Part shown: positions 12,911 to 45,860 of the stretch, one piece after another
How the letters are laid out: each line of letters opens with the position of its first letter
Numbering within the stretch: the stretch's first letter is position 1
From: the human T2T-CHM13v2.0 reference genome, Homo sapiens
NCBI RefSeq assembly: GCF_009914755.1
Contig: NC_060933.1
Strand: one strand, 5' to 3'
Length of the DNA: 64,000 nucleotides
Program-made: the position numbers and the translations under genes
The notes under the pieces: generated by a model
Databases searched by the model: none
Seen by the model: only the letters and a program-made list of their open reading frames with translations
What the model was told of the DNA's origin: nothing

Positions 12911-13277
12911 ACTGGGCCAGTTCCTTGTCTCTCTGTAGATCTGGGCTTGCATATGCGTACCTAGGAGTCCCTTCTCCTCACACTCTCTGTTTTTTGTGGG
13001 TTGTTGTGGCTTTTGTTGTTTTTGAGACAGGGTCTCATTTCGTCGCCCAGGCTGGAGTCCAGAAATGTGATCACCGCTCACTGCAGCCTCAACCTTCCAG
13101 GCTCAGGCAATCCTCCTGCCTCAGCCTCCCAAGTAGCTGAGATTCTACAAGTGCATGCCACCATGCCCAGCTAATTTTGTGTGTGTGCGTATTTTTGTAG
13201 AGATGGGTTTTACCATGTTACCCAGGCTGGTCTCCAACTCCTGGGCTCAAGCGATCCTCTTATCTTGGCCTCCCAAA

Positions 13278-14190
13278 TGTGGAGTCTTAATTAGGGAAAA
13301 GGAGTCAGGCTGGTGGGACCAAATCAAAGCAAAGAGATAAAGCAGATAAGCTGTAAATATGCTTTTCTTCACGGTTCAGGACATATAAACAAAAAGAGAA
13401 AGCAGAAGAATTATAGGTCTGTTTTTCCTTATTGCCCAGGACATACAGACCTCCTGAACAAACAACATACATAACTCTCAAATTTCTGCTTAGCATCAAA
13501 TGCCTCAATTTATCAAACATCCTGGCTGACAGAAGAGTGCAAGTTTGCAAGTTAGTTCCCAAGTTCCATTCTATAAAATCCTCAGCAAGCATTTGTTTCC
13601 TGGCAGTTAGCTTCTCTCTTGCAGGCTGCCCATTGCCTTATCACAATGTATTTTCCTACTTTCTTTAATACATCTGCCTTTCTCTACCTACAGCTGTCTT
13701 GGTAGTTTCTTTTACCTCCACGCCACCAGCCCAGATAGTCGTTGCTCCCCGGTGACACTTGGGTGGCCCATACGGGGACTCTCTCTCCTATTGGGAAACT
13801 CTCTCCCCTCTCTCTTTTCATTTCCCAACTCAGGACCCTTAGCGGACAAAGTCTAAGCACAGAGGCAATTGCAGGTCTCTGGTCGGAGTGACACGCTGGT
13901 GAGACTGAAAGGTGTCTGTGTGGAAGCATCTAACCACCACTGCCCATTCAGGTGAGAGACCTAAGGGTTTTTTTGTTGTTGTTGTTTGCTTTTTTTCGGT
14001 CTTTCAGAGGCTGGCTTCTAGTATCTCTCTGGCAACTGACAGTAACTGGCTGGAGCTACTCCCCAGTGTTCCCTGAAAGCCAAAGAGTGAACAGGGCTAG
14101 CTATACCACCTATAAGGGTGAAAGGCTCTCTCCTATATGTTCTGGCTAGAAGTCCCTAACCCCTATGTGTAACATGACTGACAGCAGAAT
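13278..14190 (+). mobile_element. ERV1 LTR (LTR23-like, about 13278-13757) plus start of internal sequence, abutting a truncated Alu
   Basis: TG...CA termini (tgtggagtcttaattagggaaaaggagtcaggc ... ggtgaca), followed by a PBS-like tgggtggccc and leader sequence. Confidence 0.7.
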
Positions 14191-14199
14191 AGATTTTTA

Positions 14200-16860
<2,661 letters not shown>

Positions 16861-16932
16861 GAAGCCAATGATATATAACACAGAAAAAGAGAGAAAATTG
16901 ATTTTTTAGGACATTAATGAAATCAATAGAAG

Positions 16933-22436
<5,504 letters not shown>

Positions 22437-23004
22437 GCTGACCCAGTGGTTCGCACTTGTAATTCCAGCACTTTGGGAGGCTTAGGCAGGAGGATTACTT
22501 TTGGTCAGGAGTTTGAGACCAGCCTAGGCAACATAGCAAGACCCTGTCTCTACAAAAAAAAAAAAAAAATTTAGCTGGCTGTGGTGACATATGTCTATAG
22601 TTCGAGATACTCAGGGGTCTGAGACAGGGAAAACTGCTTATGTCCAGAAGTTTGATATTTTTGAGGTTACAGTGAGCTATGATCATGCCACTGTACTCTA
22701 GCCTGGGTGACAAAGCAAGACTCTTGTCTTAAAGAAAATCAAAATGGTAAATTTTAGGTATATTTTACCATAATAAAAATAAAGGAAGTTAGTTGGACTA
22801 CAAAAAAATAAATTTCCTTCAATACAGAATATGGGAGGAGTTCACAGTGTTGAGATAATGGGAAGCAAAATACCATGAAGTAAGAGGTTGATAATAGTGC
22901 CCAAGTCAAGATAAATACTCACAACATATTGCCAATAAGAAAAGGCATTGCAAATCTCCCACTGACATAGAAGGAAATGACCTAATATGATGACCTTTTA
23001 CCAG

Positions 23005-23702
<698 letters not shown>

Positions 23703-23879
23703 CCAGCAAGAGAAAAACCTAAAGTAAAACAGCAAAAAGTGCAACCAACATTTATACATAAGGATTATATACAATGTGTAACAATAGTAAAGTGTTAAAT
23801 TCTAAAAGATGGCTTTAGAATTGCGGATAGACTTTTGTTTGTTTCATTTCAGATCATGACCTTGAGCTGCATGACAGTC

Positions 23880-28702
<4,823 letters not shown>

Positions 28703-29341
28703 AAAGATATCTTTCAATCTGGCTGTAGGTTCTGCAAAATTTGTTTACATTAATTATAATTTTCTGACCTTATTTTTCTTCTTTCTGGAATTCCTACAAT
28801 TTGGATACTGGAACTCCTGGACTCTAACTTATGTATAATATCTCTTTTCTCCCACCTTAAATATTTATTGTTAATCTATCTAGTGTCTGGAAAATTTCAC
28901 ACTATTTTCCAATGATTTTTTTTCTTTTCTATTAAGTCTTATATTAACAGGAACATTTTTTTCTCCTCTTGAGATTTTCATGTTTTGTAGCATCGTTATT
29001 TTACAGATGTAGTATCTTATAACTCTAAGGATATTAACACATTTGGCAGGGGGAATTTTCTTCTCACTGCATTGCTTGATTCCTCAAAGTTGTTTTGGTA
29101 CTCTCTTTTGGTTTTGGATTAGAGGCTTTCACTAGATCTCTCGTAATTCTAGATGGAAGTCTCATGAATAAGAGTTGGGGGCTAAAACACTGACCTGAGT
29201 ATGGACTTCTCAACTTCAAAGTTAATTGTTCAGAGTGAGCCTTTTTCCCAGCCAATACTTGGTGTCAATCTTTTATATTCTTCTTTGGTATAGTGGACAG
29301 TATACATAAAGCCACTTAATCTTGTTTCCAGTACAGTACTC

Positions 29342-29920
29342 TGTATAAAGGAATTTGGCCTTGCCCTTGGATGTTATGCTACATAGGAATGCCTCTGTTT
29401 ACCTGGGGATCTTGAATCATACTGAATAGCCTTGACAGTATGATTTATGGCTGGGGTGGGACAAATCTATACAGTCTTATGGTGGGGGGGGTGTACAACA
29501 CATCAGAAATACCAACAATGTGATTTAGGGTGGAGGTTTTGGGTCATGCACGAGCAGCTGACCTAGAGACTGCGATTAACCACATGGACAATCAATCATG
29601 GATATGTAAAGCAGCCTCAGTAAACACTCTGGGTTCCAAGGCTTGGGTGAGCTTCCCTGGCTGGCAATACTCTGTGCATACTGTCACACACTGATGCCAG
29701 TAGAGTAATGCTTGCTGACTTCAGAGAGACAGGACAAGAGCTGTGTTTGGTACTTCTCCCGGGCTCTGCCCTCTCCTCTTCCTTTGGCTGATTTTGATCT
29801 TTAACATTTCCCTGTCATTAACTGTAACCACGAATACAATAGCTTTCATTGAGTTCTGAGTCTTTCTAGCAAATTATCTAAGCTGAGGGTTGGTTTTAGG
29901 AATCCTCCAGGCTTACAAGT
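29342..29920 (+). mobile_element. MER21-like LTR
   Basis: tgtataaaggaatttggcctt start and gagcttccctgg motif; similar to the copy at 31498. Confidence 0.6.
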
Positions 29921-30748
29921 ACTCTTGTCTTCCATTCACTCCGACTTCTACCAACCAGTCACTTTTTACCTTCCAGATGCCAACTGTGGGGGGAATAAAG
30001 TTGCTTAGCAACGTGGAAATGGGAGAAGCTATAAGGCTTCCCAGTGTTCACGCAATCGTCCCTATTTCTGTGCCTCTTCTACCTTTCATCCCAGAGGTTA
30101 ACTGGTGCTGTGAATTCTGAAATGTAAGTAAGTTTATCAGTTCCTCCATTGATTTAGAATTGGGGTTTCCTGGGTCTACCAAGTTAGTTAACACCGTCTA
30201 TCTGCTTTCCAATTCCCCAAGTTCTGGTTGTTTCCTCTATTTTCTCCAACTTGTGGGTTTTTGTGTGAATGCATCTGTTGTAGTAGCCATAGGGATGTAT
30301 CATTCAGATCTCCCTTCAAAAGAATCTGACATGAGGAGTGTAGTTGGTACTTTCAGATCCATCAAGGCATTTGTGCGAAGGCCACGCTCCCCTTGGTCTC
30401 CTCCCAGAAACTGACTTGAGGAAGTCAGAGAAACAAAGCCAGGCTATTTCTGCCCAATTCTGAACTCTACTAAAAGGAATCCTTGCTTGGGAACTCTCCA
30501 TTGGCCTGACCAAGACTTCATCTTAGAGTTGCACTGCAGTCTAAGTTTTTGCTAATCAATCTTCATTTTCTCTTTTTACAGGTGTCAGACCCACACTGCA
30601 GTCTGAAGGCTCTCTCGACCTACGCTTGCTCCATCTCCCGTTTATCCTCCATTTATGTTTCCTCTAATAAATTCTTGCACATCTAACTTTGTCATGTCAT
30701 CTGCTTCTCTGAGGACTCAAATTATCACCTGGGATTTTGGAAAGAAGT

Positions 30749-30754
30749 TTTATT
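30749..30754 (-). terminator. Distal AATAAA polyadenylation signal of IARS1
   Basis: tttatt on the + strand, about 580 nt after the stop codon and just before LTR sequence. Confidence 0.6.
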
Positions 30755-30883
30755 AGATGTCTAGTCCACTGTCTTAATAAGAAACCACCATGAAGTTTTT
30801 ATGTTCTTCAAAGTTTACACATTTCAAGTTTCATTTATCTATGGGAGAATGAATTACTTTCAACACATTTATATCTGAGTTTG

Positions 30884-30889
30884 TTTATT
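30884..30889 (-). terminator. Proximal AATAAA polyadenylation signal of IARS1
   Basis: tttatt on the + strand, about 450 nt after the stop codon. Confidence 0.65.
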
Positions 30890-31334
30890 GTTCTGATTTA
30901 CTGAAACTTAAAATATTCCATCAAATTATCCAGGAAAATCCAGGTGGCAGAAATATATAATATGTCCATTTCATCAAGAGGTCTCAAATAAATTTTAAAA
31001 GGCCAGAAAATGATATATATACTATGCCATTTAAATCACTTCTATCTTCTGTACTTAAGAACTCAAGTATAGAAATAAACTGTGGGCTGAAGTAACATTG
31101 TAACCTGCTCCCAACATGACTGCATAGGTGTCTAAGGTTAAGTGTGAAGATTACTGTGAGGTCTCAAGTTACTTGACTAATCAATCCCATTTGAATTTCA
31201 ATCCAAGCAGCATATTTTACACACACCTGAAGGAAATATCTTCAGTGTGTTCATGTGTGTGTCTATGTGCATGTATGTGTAGGGGATAGGTGTAATTAGG
31301 GAAGGGCTGACCGAACAACATTGATAAGTACATG

Positions 31335-31417
31335 CTAGAAGTCTGCTGTTGTTGGTAACACAGAAACATACACAGTCTTCATATTCAAAGTCTTCACGGG
31401 GATGTCTTCTGTAATTT
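31335..31417 (-). CDS. IARS1: IARS1 terminal coding exon (EITEDIPVKTLNMKTVYVSVLPTTADF*)
   Basis: ttctag| acceptor after a pyrimidine tract; TAG at 31335-31337. Matches the recalled IARS1 C-terminus; too short for the ORF track. Confidence 0.96.
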
Positions 31418-31497
31418 CTAGAATGGAAAGAAAAAGTTGAAAAAAAATCAGTATTTTACCTATTGGGGGTGAATATTTAAAAAAATGTTAACTGCTT

Positions 31498-32175
31498 GTG
31501 TAGTAAGGAATTTGGCCTTATCCTAAGAGTTCTGCCTTTTGTCCCAGCTCCTGAGGTGAACCTCTAAATCCTTGGAATTTCCTGGTAGGAATCTTTGTTT
31601 CTCATGGTGGGTATGTTCACCAAACCTGACAGTTGTTGCTAATGAGACAATTCAGGGTAGTGCTGGCCAGGACAGAAAGACCAAGTATATGATTTAGGAT
31701 GGGGACTTTGGGTCACATGGTATATCAGTTGAGAAAGACAGCAATCATGCCTACAGAATGAAACCTCAACAGAAACTGGACACCAAGGCTCGAGTGAGCT
31801 TCCCTGGTTGGTAATATAGTCTCTGTGTTGTCAGATGTAAGGGATGAGAGGAAGAAACATTATCCATGACTCCAGGGTCTCTCTCTCTCTCTCACTCTCG
31901 CTGGTTCTAACGTGTATCCTTTCCCTACCCTAATTCAAACCATGAGTGTAATACCTTTTAGTGAGTCTGAGTCCTCCTAGCAGGTTACTGAACCTGAGGG
32001 TGGTTTAGGAAAATCCCTGGAACTTGCAGTTGGTGCCAGCAGTGATGGGGGTCTTGTGTGGATCTTTCCCTGAGTAGAATCCTCACTCCTTGCAGGTGGA
32101 GTTAGATATCGGGCAGACTCCTGGAGCCTTCTGGAGGACTATGCCATCACTTCACAGTTTGGCTAACTCTGGGTA
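31498..32175 (+). mobile_element. MER21-like LTR in the last intron of IARS1
   Basis: tgtagtaaggaatttggcctt start and gagcttccctggttggtaata motif. Confidence 0.6.
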
Positions 32176-34370
32176 CTGCCAAGATGGTTATTTTTCCTCA
32201 TACACAGATACTTCCTATGTCTACAAAAAAAGCCTAGAGGCTGTGCCAACTCAGTATCCCAGATATGTGGTTTCAAAATATGATTCTCTATAATTTGAAG
32301 AACAGCTATTTTCTACGTCTGGAGAAGTAAAAGTACATAATAAGCCTAGGACATGTTGCTACGTGAGAAAGCAAGAATTTACCAAAGACAAAGGATCATG
32401 TTAAAGAATACAGGATCCAATATGGCCAATGACGAAAACTCTGAGCATCCAAAAATATAACCCAAATGCAATTGATTGAAATATACTGAATATACAACTC
32501 AAAAACAAAAAAAAAGAAAATTTAAAGTTATCTGCCTACTGTGGAGCATTTTGCTTCTAGTCAGATCTGAATTTAAAGCAAACAGATGAGCTTCCTTTAA
32601 AAATAGCTCTTGTCCTACCTAGCAGCAATCCTAGATGTGAGAATACTCTCAAAGCTACTTCCTTAATAGATAATTACAGGACCTGGAGATGATGTTTAGA
32701 GTTTAGTGGAGCAAGCAAGAAGACATCTAAGGGTTTCTAAAATGGTCAACATTTTGTGGCTCTTCTAATTTACCAAGTTATTGATACTTTATGAAAGACA
32801 ATTCTGAGAGAAAAGGCATAATGAAAACGAAGCTATAGATACTAGATTGGAAAGATACTGAATTAGAAAAAGTTCCAACTTTGTGGTAATCTTAGATAAA
32901 TCACTAAACATTTAAAAGTTCTCACCCACTAAACTTTTGCCTAACTAACGTCACAGAGTAAAGAGAATACAGAAAGGCAGCACAGGTTAAGAATGGTTCT
33001 GTGAATTGCAGGTAGTATTATAAATACATAATTCATACAGACATGGTTCTACCCCTGACCAGGTTCAATCATGCCACTGCATTTGCTTGCAAGAACAAGT
33101 GAGAGATAAATGTCATCTTCAGCTCCACTGCACAACAGTACTTGGTGACCAAAGGATTTGAGGGACAAGAAGAGTTAAGAATTATCTCTAAAGTTTTATA
33201 TAAGCTTATCAAAATAGAAAGCTACATTATTAGATGATCTTTACTACCATACCACAATGAAAGAGCCAAGTGTGTTCGAGGGAGAGTGAAAAAAGCCTTT
33301 GATAGAGTGAAAGACTCATGGACAGAATTAGCAAGACAGGGAAGGCCCAGAGCAGGAAGGATCTTGTGTGGAAGGGAAGATTCTGAGGCATAAGAGAATA
33401 AGGAGCTTTGGGGGCTCTAAGCAAGGGAACAAAATCAAGGCAGGAATGTTCATGAAGATAGCTCTGGTGAAGAGTACAGACTGCAGACTGGTGACTTAGA
33501 TGGATGATGAGGCCCAATGATGAGATGAGAGGGAAAACGACAAAGGAGAGTCACTGAAAATAAACCCAGGGAGGGAAGGAGGAACCCAAGAAGAAATAGA
33601 GCTTTAGTATTTAACATCATGACAGAAAATTTAAAAGTACGATATGCAACTAAATTTAAAAAAAAAAGCTGCACAGGAAGAAAACGGGAGAATTACACAG
33701 AGGCCAAAAATAATGACTCCCATGGGGTCTGGTGGCTTAATGCTTTTCGCACTAAAGAGCTAGGAAAGCAGGGAAAGAAAAGCCTCCGGTATATACAAAC
33801 CGGGAAGTCCAACAAATCTCTGCTGAAGAAACTGGAACTTCAAATAAGAAACCCATAGCAAAAGGGTTAATTTGAGTAAGTTCCTTCACCACAAGAGAAA
33901 AAGTGAAGAGAATGTAATCGGTTAATAATGGCCTTCCAAAGATATGCCCAGGTTCTAAATTCCCAGGAGCTGTGAATGTTCACTTTATTTGGAAAAAGAG
34001 GAAACAGAAGAGAAGGAGGCAATGTGACCACGGAGTCAGAGACTGAAGTGATGTGGCCACAAGTCAAGGGATGCCTGGCGCCACCATAAGCTAGAAGAAG
34101 TATATAAGGAATTCTCCCACAGAGCCTTCAGAGAGACTGTGGCCTTTCTGACACCCTAATTTCAGTGTCTGGCCTCCAGAGCTGTGAGATGACTTGAGCC
34201 ATCCCATTTGTGGAAATTTGTTGCAGCAGCCACAGAAACCAATACAGAGAAAATCACCTCACTTAGCTTTGTTTTGGAGTAGGGATAGACAGATCCTGTC
34301 TCCATCACAACTCCTGGCCTTTGTGTATGACTGGGAATGCCATAGATTTTTTTTCTGAGATGGAGTTTAA

Positions 34371-34595
<225 letters not shown>

Positions 34596-34728
34596 TGAGC
34601 CACCACGCAGACCCAGTCACAGCTTTCTTAACATTCTCCCTATGGTCCAAAATGATTGAGTTTAAAGTGTGTCTGGGTTGTCAGTGTCTCCAAGGAACTA
34701 GACGTATGCTTCTTAAAACTGGGCTTCA

Positions 34729-40981
<6,253 letters not shown>

Positions 40982-40997
40982 TAAAATTACAAAAATT

Positions 40998-41182
40998 ATC
41001 TGCACATGGTGGCACATGCCTGTAATTCCAGCTACTCGGGAGGCTGAGGCAGGAGAATCGCTTGAACCCAGGAGGTGGAGGTTGCAACGAGCTGGGATAT
41101 CGTGCCACTGCACTCCAGCCTGGGCAACAAGAGTGAAACTCTGTCTCAAAACAAACAAACAAACAAACAAACAAACAAAAAA
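40998..41182 (+). mobile_element. Right arm of the same AluS with (AAAC)n tail
   Basis: Alu right monomer resumes after the TSD. The Alu's own TSD gaatagaatg is at about 34792 and 41186. Confidence 0.92.
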
Positions 41183-43047
41183 CACGAATAGAATGAAAAT
41201 GGTAGAAATTAGGCAGGGTGTGGTGGTTCTTGCTTGTAATCCCAATGCTTTGGGAGGCCAAGGTGGGAGGATCACTTGAAGGCAGGAGTTCAAGACCAGC
41301 CTTGACCTTATAGCAAGACCCTGTCCCTACAAAAAAATTTTAAAATTAGCTGGGCATGGTGGCGCGTGCCTGTAGTCCTAGCTAGGGAGGCTGAGGTGGG
41401 AGGATCGCTGGATCCCAGGAGTTTGAGGCTGCAGTGAGCTGTGATTGAGCCACTGCACTGCAGCCTGCGTGACAGAACAAGACCAAGTCTCAAAAACAAA
41501 ACAAAACAAAACAAAAAAACCAAAACACTGTAACAGAAATAAACACTGCCTTATACCAAAAAATGTACACCTAGGGAAATCATAAACTGCAGAAAGTAAA
41601 AGACAAAGGGAAAATCTTCAAGGAAGCAGAGAAAAGCAGCACCTTACCTGCAGAGGAACAAGGGTAAGATAAAAAAGCCAAAATTATCCAGAATGTAGTA
41701 TATAAGGACAAAAGGAGGGAAAATAGGAAAAGAGAATAAGAGGTAGGATAGAGTGAGAAAGTCCATCTAAAATATGTCTAAACAAGGTGTCAGAAGGAGA
41801 GAATACCAGAGAGAATGAATAAGAGGTAAGTTGGACAAGATAATGTCTGGCAATTTTCCACAAGTGCCGAAAGACACAAATACTGACACAGAAAGCCCAA
41901 TAAATCCCAGGCTATCAGGTGTTACAAATAAAAGGATGGGATGGTAAAAGTCTTGAATTGAGATGTCAAGAATGGGTATAAATAGAAAAAAACAGATCCC
42001 ACAAAGGGAAGCTGTCTGGGGAAGTGATTGCAGTGGCAGCAATATTAAAGTGAACATGTCTGATGTGTAGCAGGATTACAGAACGAAACTCAGAGGGTAG
42101 GGTGAGGATGTCAACAGAGAAGTTGACAGAGCAGCCACAGAAGCTGAAATCTCAGAAGTGAATAGTGCTAAGTGGGAGAACGGGAGGAGGAGAAAATAAG
42201 CTGCCTGACACCAGCAAGTAAGTGCAGGTCGCCATCCTTAATTTCTATTTTCTAGATAATAGAATGTGGAATATGTCAACTGATGATCTAGCTCTTCACA
42301 GTGTTACGTGTCTCAAGGAAAAAATGCAGGTAAGCATGTTTTATAAACTGTAAAGGGAGGTATAATGTCAGCTGTAAGGCTGTAATGTCAGGCTATTTTA
42401 CAACCCTGTGATAATTTTGACTTTTGGGGGAAAGAACAATTTTAGGGTCAGCAAATATGCTGATTTACCTAGAAGCATGTATTTTTAATAACATACCAAT
42501 GTAGTTTTTAGATTTAGCAAAAAGTAATTATACTTTTAATTGCTATTAAAAAATTATATTATTGACCGGGCATCACGGCTCACGCCTGTAATCCCAGCAC
42601 TTTGGGAGGCCGAGGTGGGCGGATCACCTGAGGTCAGGAGTTTGAGACCAGCCTGGCCAACATGGTGAAACCCCGTCTCTACTAAAATCCAAAAATGAGC
42701 CAGCCATGGTGGCAGGCGCCCGTAGTCCCAGCTACTCGGAAGTCTGAGGCAGGAGAATCCTTGTTCCTGGGTTGAAGCCCCAGGCCTGAACCCAGGAGGC
42801 GGAGGTTGCAGTAAGCCAAGATCGTGCCACTGCACTCCAGCCTGGGAGACAAAGTGAGACTCAGTCTCAAAAAAAAAAAAAAAAAAAAAAAAAGAAAAGA
42901 AAATTATATTATGGTAAATTTCTGGGGAAAGAATAACAAAACAGGATAACAATAGTACTATCTTACATGTATATGCTACAAATGGTTAATGGCATCAAAA
43001 TCTACTTTCAACAAAAATAAAAAACTTACGGTCCACAATCTCCTTAC

Positions 43048-43200
43048 CCTGCGTTTGGGTCTCATTCAGAAACAGCTTTAGCTTCCTGCTCCGAAGGCCA
43101 AACACCTTGGCTGCTTCATACAGAAGACCTTGGTGGGTGAGTCCATTCTGCCCAAGTGGGTTTTCAAGCAGGAGAGTGCCCACTGTCCCCATTAAACACT
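43048..43200 (-). CDS. IARS1: IARS1 penultimate exon, UNE-I repeat 2 (ECLMGTVGTLLLENPLG...ETQTQ)
   Basis: 153 nt with ttccacag| acceptor and CAGG|gtaagg donor, phase 1/1. Confidence 0.96.
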
Positions 43201-43873
43201 CTGTGGAAGACAGAACAAACTGGATTAAATCTCGAGAGTTCACCCTCTAGCTCCAAAAGAGGTGGCCACTGCGGACAGCTCTAACAGGCAGTGCTGAGGC
43301 CAGCAGTGCGTCCAGGAGCGTGAGTGTGACCGCTGAAGATGCAGTCCATGCAGAAACAGCTCTCAACATTTCATAGAGGTGAAGGGGAAGGGGAAAAAGA
43401 AAAAAAAAAAACTTATATAAAAGCCCAGCAGCTTGGGGAGCAGATACTCAGTACACAGTGAAGTGAGGAGCCCGAAGACTTCAGTACAAATGTGCACAAT
43501 GAGGATCCTAAAATATCAGGAAAAAAATCACTATCAATCTAGTCTGTTGATTAAGGCATGGAGGTATAGAAGTTTTCAGAACATTTTTCCTCAGAAAAGA
43601 AAGTAAAATTTGAGATTAAAATGTTTTGGCACTCAAACAATTTAGTTGTAATTTTTACCTAACCAATTTTTTCATTTCCTAACCATGCCAGATGGATGAG
43701 GGTCTCTATAACACACCAAAAGAAAAGCCTGTGGTTGCTCCCCAAAGTTGCGTGAGAGCCCACACTTTAAAGCAATACTTTGAAGCCGACTAGAAATACA
43801 CACATATTTGAATATTAAAGACAACTTCAATGCCCAGCACCCCACAGTCTGCCTGCTGTGGGGAGGCACATAC

Positions 43874-44017
43874 CTTGTGGCTTTGCATTCAGGAGCTGTA
43901 GGTTGATATACTGACAAAGAAGAGTACTAGAACTGTTGATCAGAGAGGGAGCCGATCCTGCAGTCACACAAAGTGTTTTTCCACTAAGACTCAGTAAGTC
44001 AGTTTGGTTTTGTATTT
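43874..44017 (-). CDS. IARS1: IARS1 coding exon (EIQNQTDLL...NAKPQ)
   Basis: 144 nt with tttttag| acceptor and AAG|gtatgt donor, phase 1/1. Confidence 0.96.
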
Positions 44018-44499
44018 CTAAAAATAACAACAACAATTCTTTCAGGGTTAACGAACAAATTCAAAACTGAAGTCATTCAATTTTTCCTATTTAACTATCA
44101 TGTATCTTTTTACGATAATGCTTTCCACTTAATTTCTGTTTATCAAGAGACATTGCCTTTTCTATAAAACCAGCCTTTAATGACATGTAATGGTAGGAAA
44201 TCTCAATGTTGCAAAACAAACATCATAATATTCATAATCTGAAATATAGGGCTAATTGTTTTCTCTATTTTAGTATTTTCTCTGTATAATACAGCTCCTC
44301 TTAAAATTTCCTCCTATATCAGAATCTCAAGCTTCACCATGAAAAACTTACATTAAAAAGTGCTAATTACAGTCAGAAGATGTTATTTGACTCAGGAGCA
44401 GATGTGAAAAAAAGCATGATACACAGAACATATGCAGTGTAATTTCATTTAGAGAACATTAAACGTTGCTTGGGGATGCATGCGCAGGCAGATGACTGG

Positions 44500-45860
44500 T
44501 AATGGTTGTGATATAGGACAGGCCCACAGGGCAGCCTCCAAATATTGAGTGGAAATGGTAGGTATGAGACTAGGCTGGGGCACTGGCTCAGGGAACAAGG
44601 AAACTGCTGCACCAGTGGCTAGATGCTCATGCTCAGCCTAGGCCCACATGGTCTCTTCTCTCAACCACAGGTGTGGCCTTGTAGGAAGTCTTCCAGGACT
44701 GGCTGGCAGAGAAAGAAAACATTTTAGGGCTTGCTGTGTAGGGCTTTACTGCACAATACGCTGTATCATCCAAAGTAGACAATTACAGTCTTAACGGCCC
44801 TGTTCTGACTCTGGGTAGCCCTGAAGAATAGTGATGGGTGGAAATCCTCCCAATGGGCACAGCTTCTTTCAGTGCAGCCGGCTGGTCATTTTGCTCAGCA
44901 GAAATAGCTAGGAGTAGATCTACACTGATTCATGGACACTGGCCAATAGCTGGACTAAACGAGAACAGCCAGGGACTCAAAGAACAGAATTAGAAAACTG
45001 GTGACAAGGAAGTTAGGGCAAGAGGTATGTGGACAGATCTCTACAAATGGGCAGACTATGAATGAGGATCTAAAAATGGGTGAGGCTGGGCACAGTGGCT
45101 CACACCTGTAATCCTATCACTCTGGGAGGCAGAAAGGGGAGGACTGCTTGAGGCCAGGAGACTGAGCCTGGGCAATACAGCAAGACCTCCTCTCTACAAA
45201 AAAGAAAAGAATTAGCCAGGCATGGTGGCATGTGTCTGTACTCCTAGTTACTTTGGAGGCTGAGGTGGGAGGATTGCTTGAGCCCAGAAGTTTGAGGTTA
45301 CACTGAACTATGATTGAGCCACTGCACTCCAGCCTGAGTGATCGAGTGAGACCCTGTCTCAAAAAATAAAAAATAAAAAATAAATAATAATAATCAGTGG
45401 ACATGTTCTATTCTGCCGCCAGCCACTCCTGCCCTTGCCCAATGGATTGATGAACAAAGGGGCCACCCAGACTGGGAGGAAGAATAACCACGGGCTCCAC
45501 AACATTACTTCCACTCCCTAAGGCTGATTTTGCTACAGCTGCTACTGCGTATCCCACCTACCAACAGCGGGAACCATTACTTGAGCTTTCGATACAGTGT
45601 TATTGCCAGGAAAGACAAGCCAGACTCCTGATGGCAGCTTGGTTGTACTGCACTGTTTCCATTATGGGAAAAGGCAGTGCTTTGGTCTTACTGGAACACA
45701 CACTCCTTTTGGACAAGGATTTGCCACTGTCACCTATAATGCTTCTGGCAAACCCACCATCCATGGAGGTAGAGAATGTCTTATTTACCAACACAGCATT
45801 CCACATAGCATCGCTTGACCAGAGAACTCATTTTTCAGCAAATGAAGTGTGGCATTATGT
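44500..45860 (+). mobile_element. Degenerate ERVL internal (RNase H/integrase-like) fragments split by an Alu (45084-45390)
   Basis: Resembles HERVL/MLT2 pol (gggaaatcctcccaatgggca; gaccagagaactcatttt). Confidence 0.55.

Larger units (their letters stand above)
30730..31334 (-). other. IARS1: IARS1 3' UTR
   Basis: Non-repetitive AT-rich sequence after the stop codon. The 3' end is approximate and inferred from the polyA signals. Confidence 0.8.
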
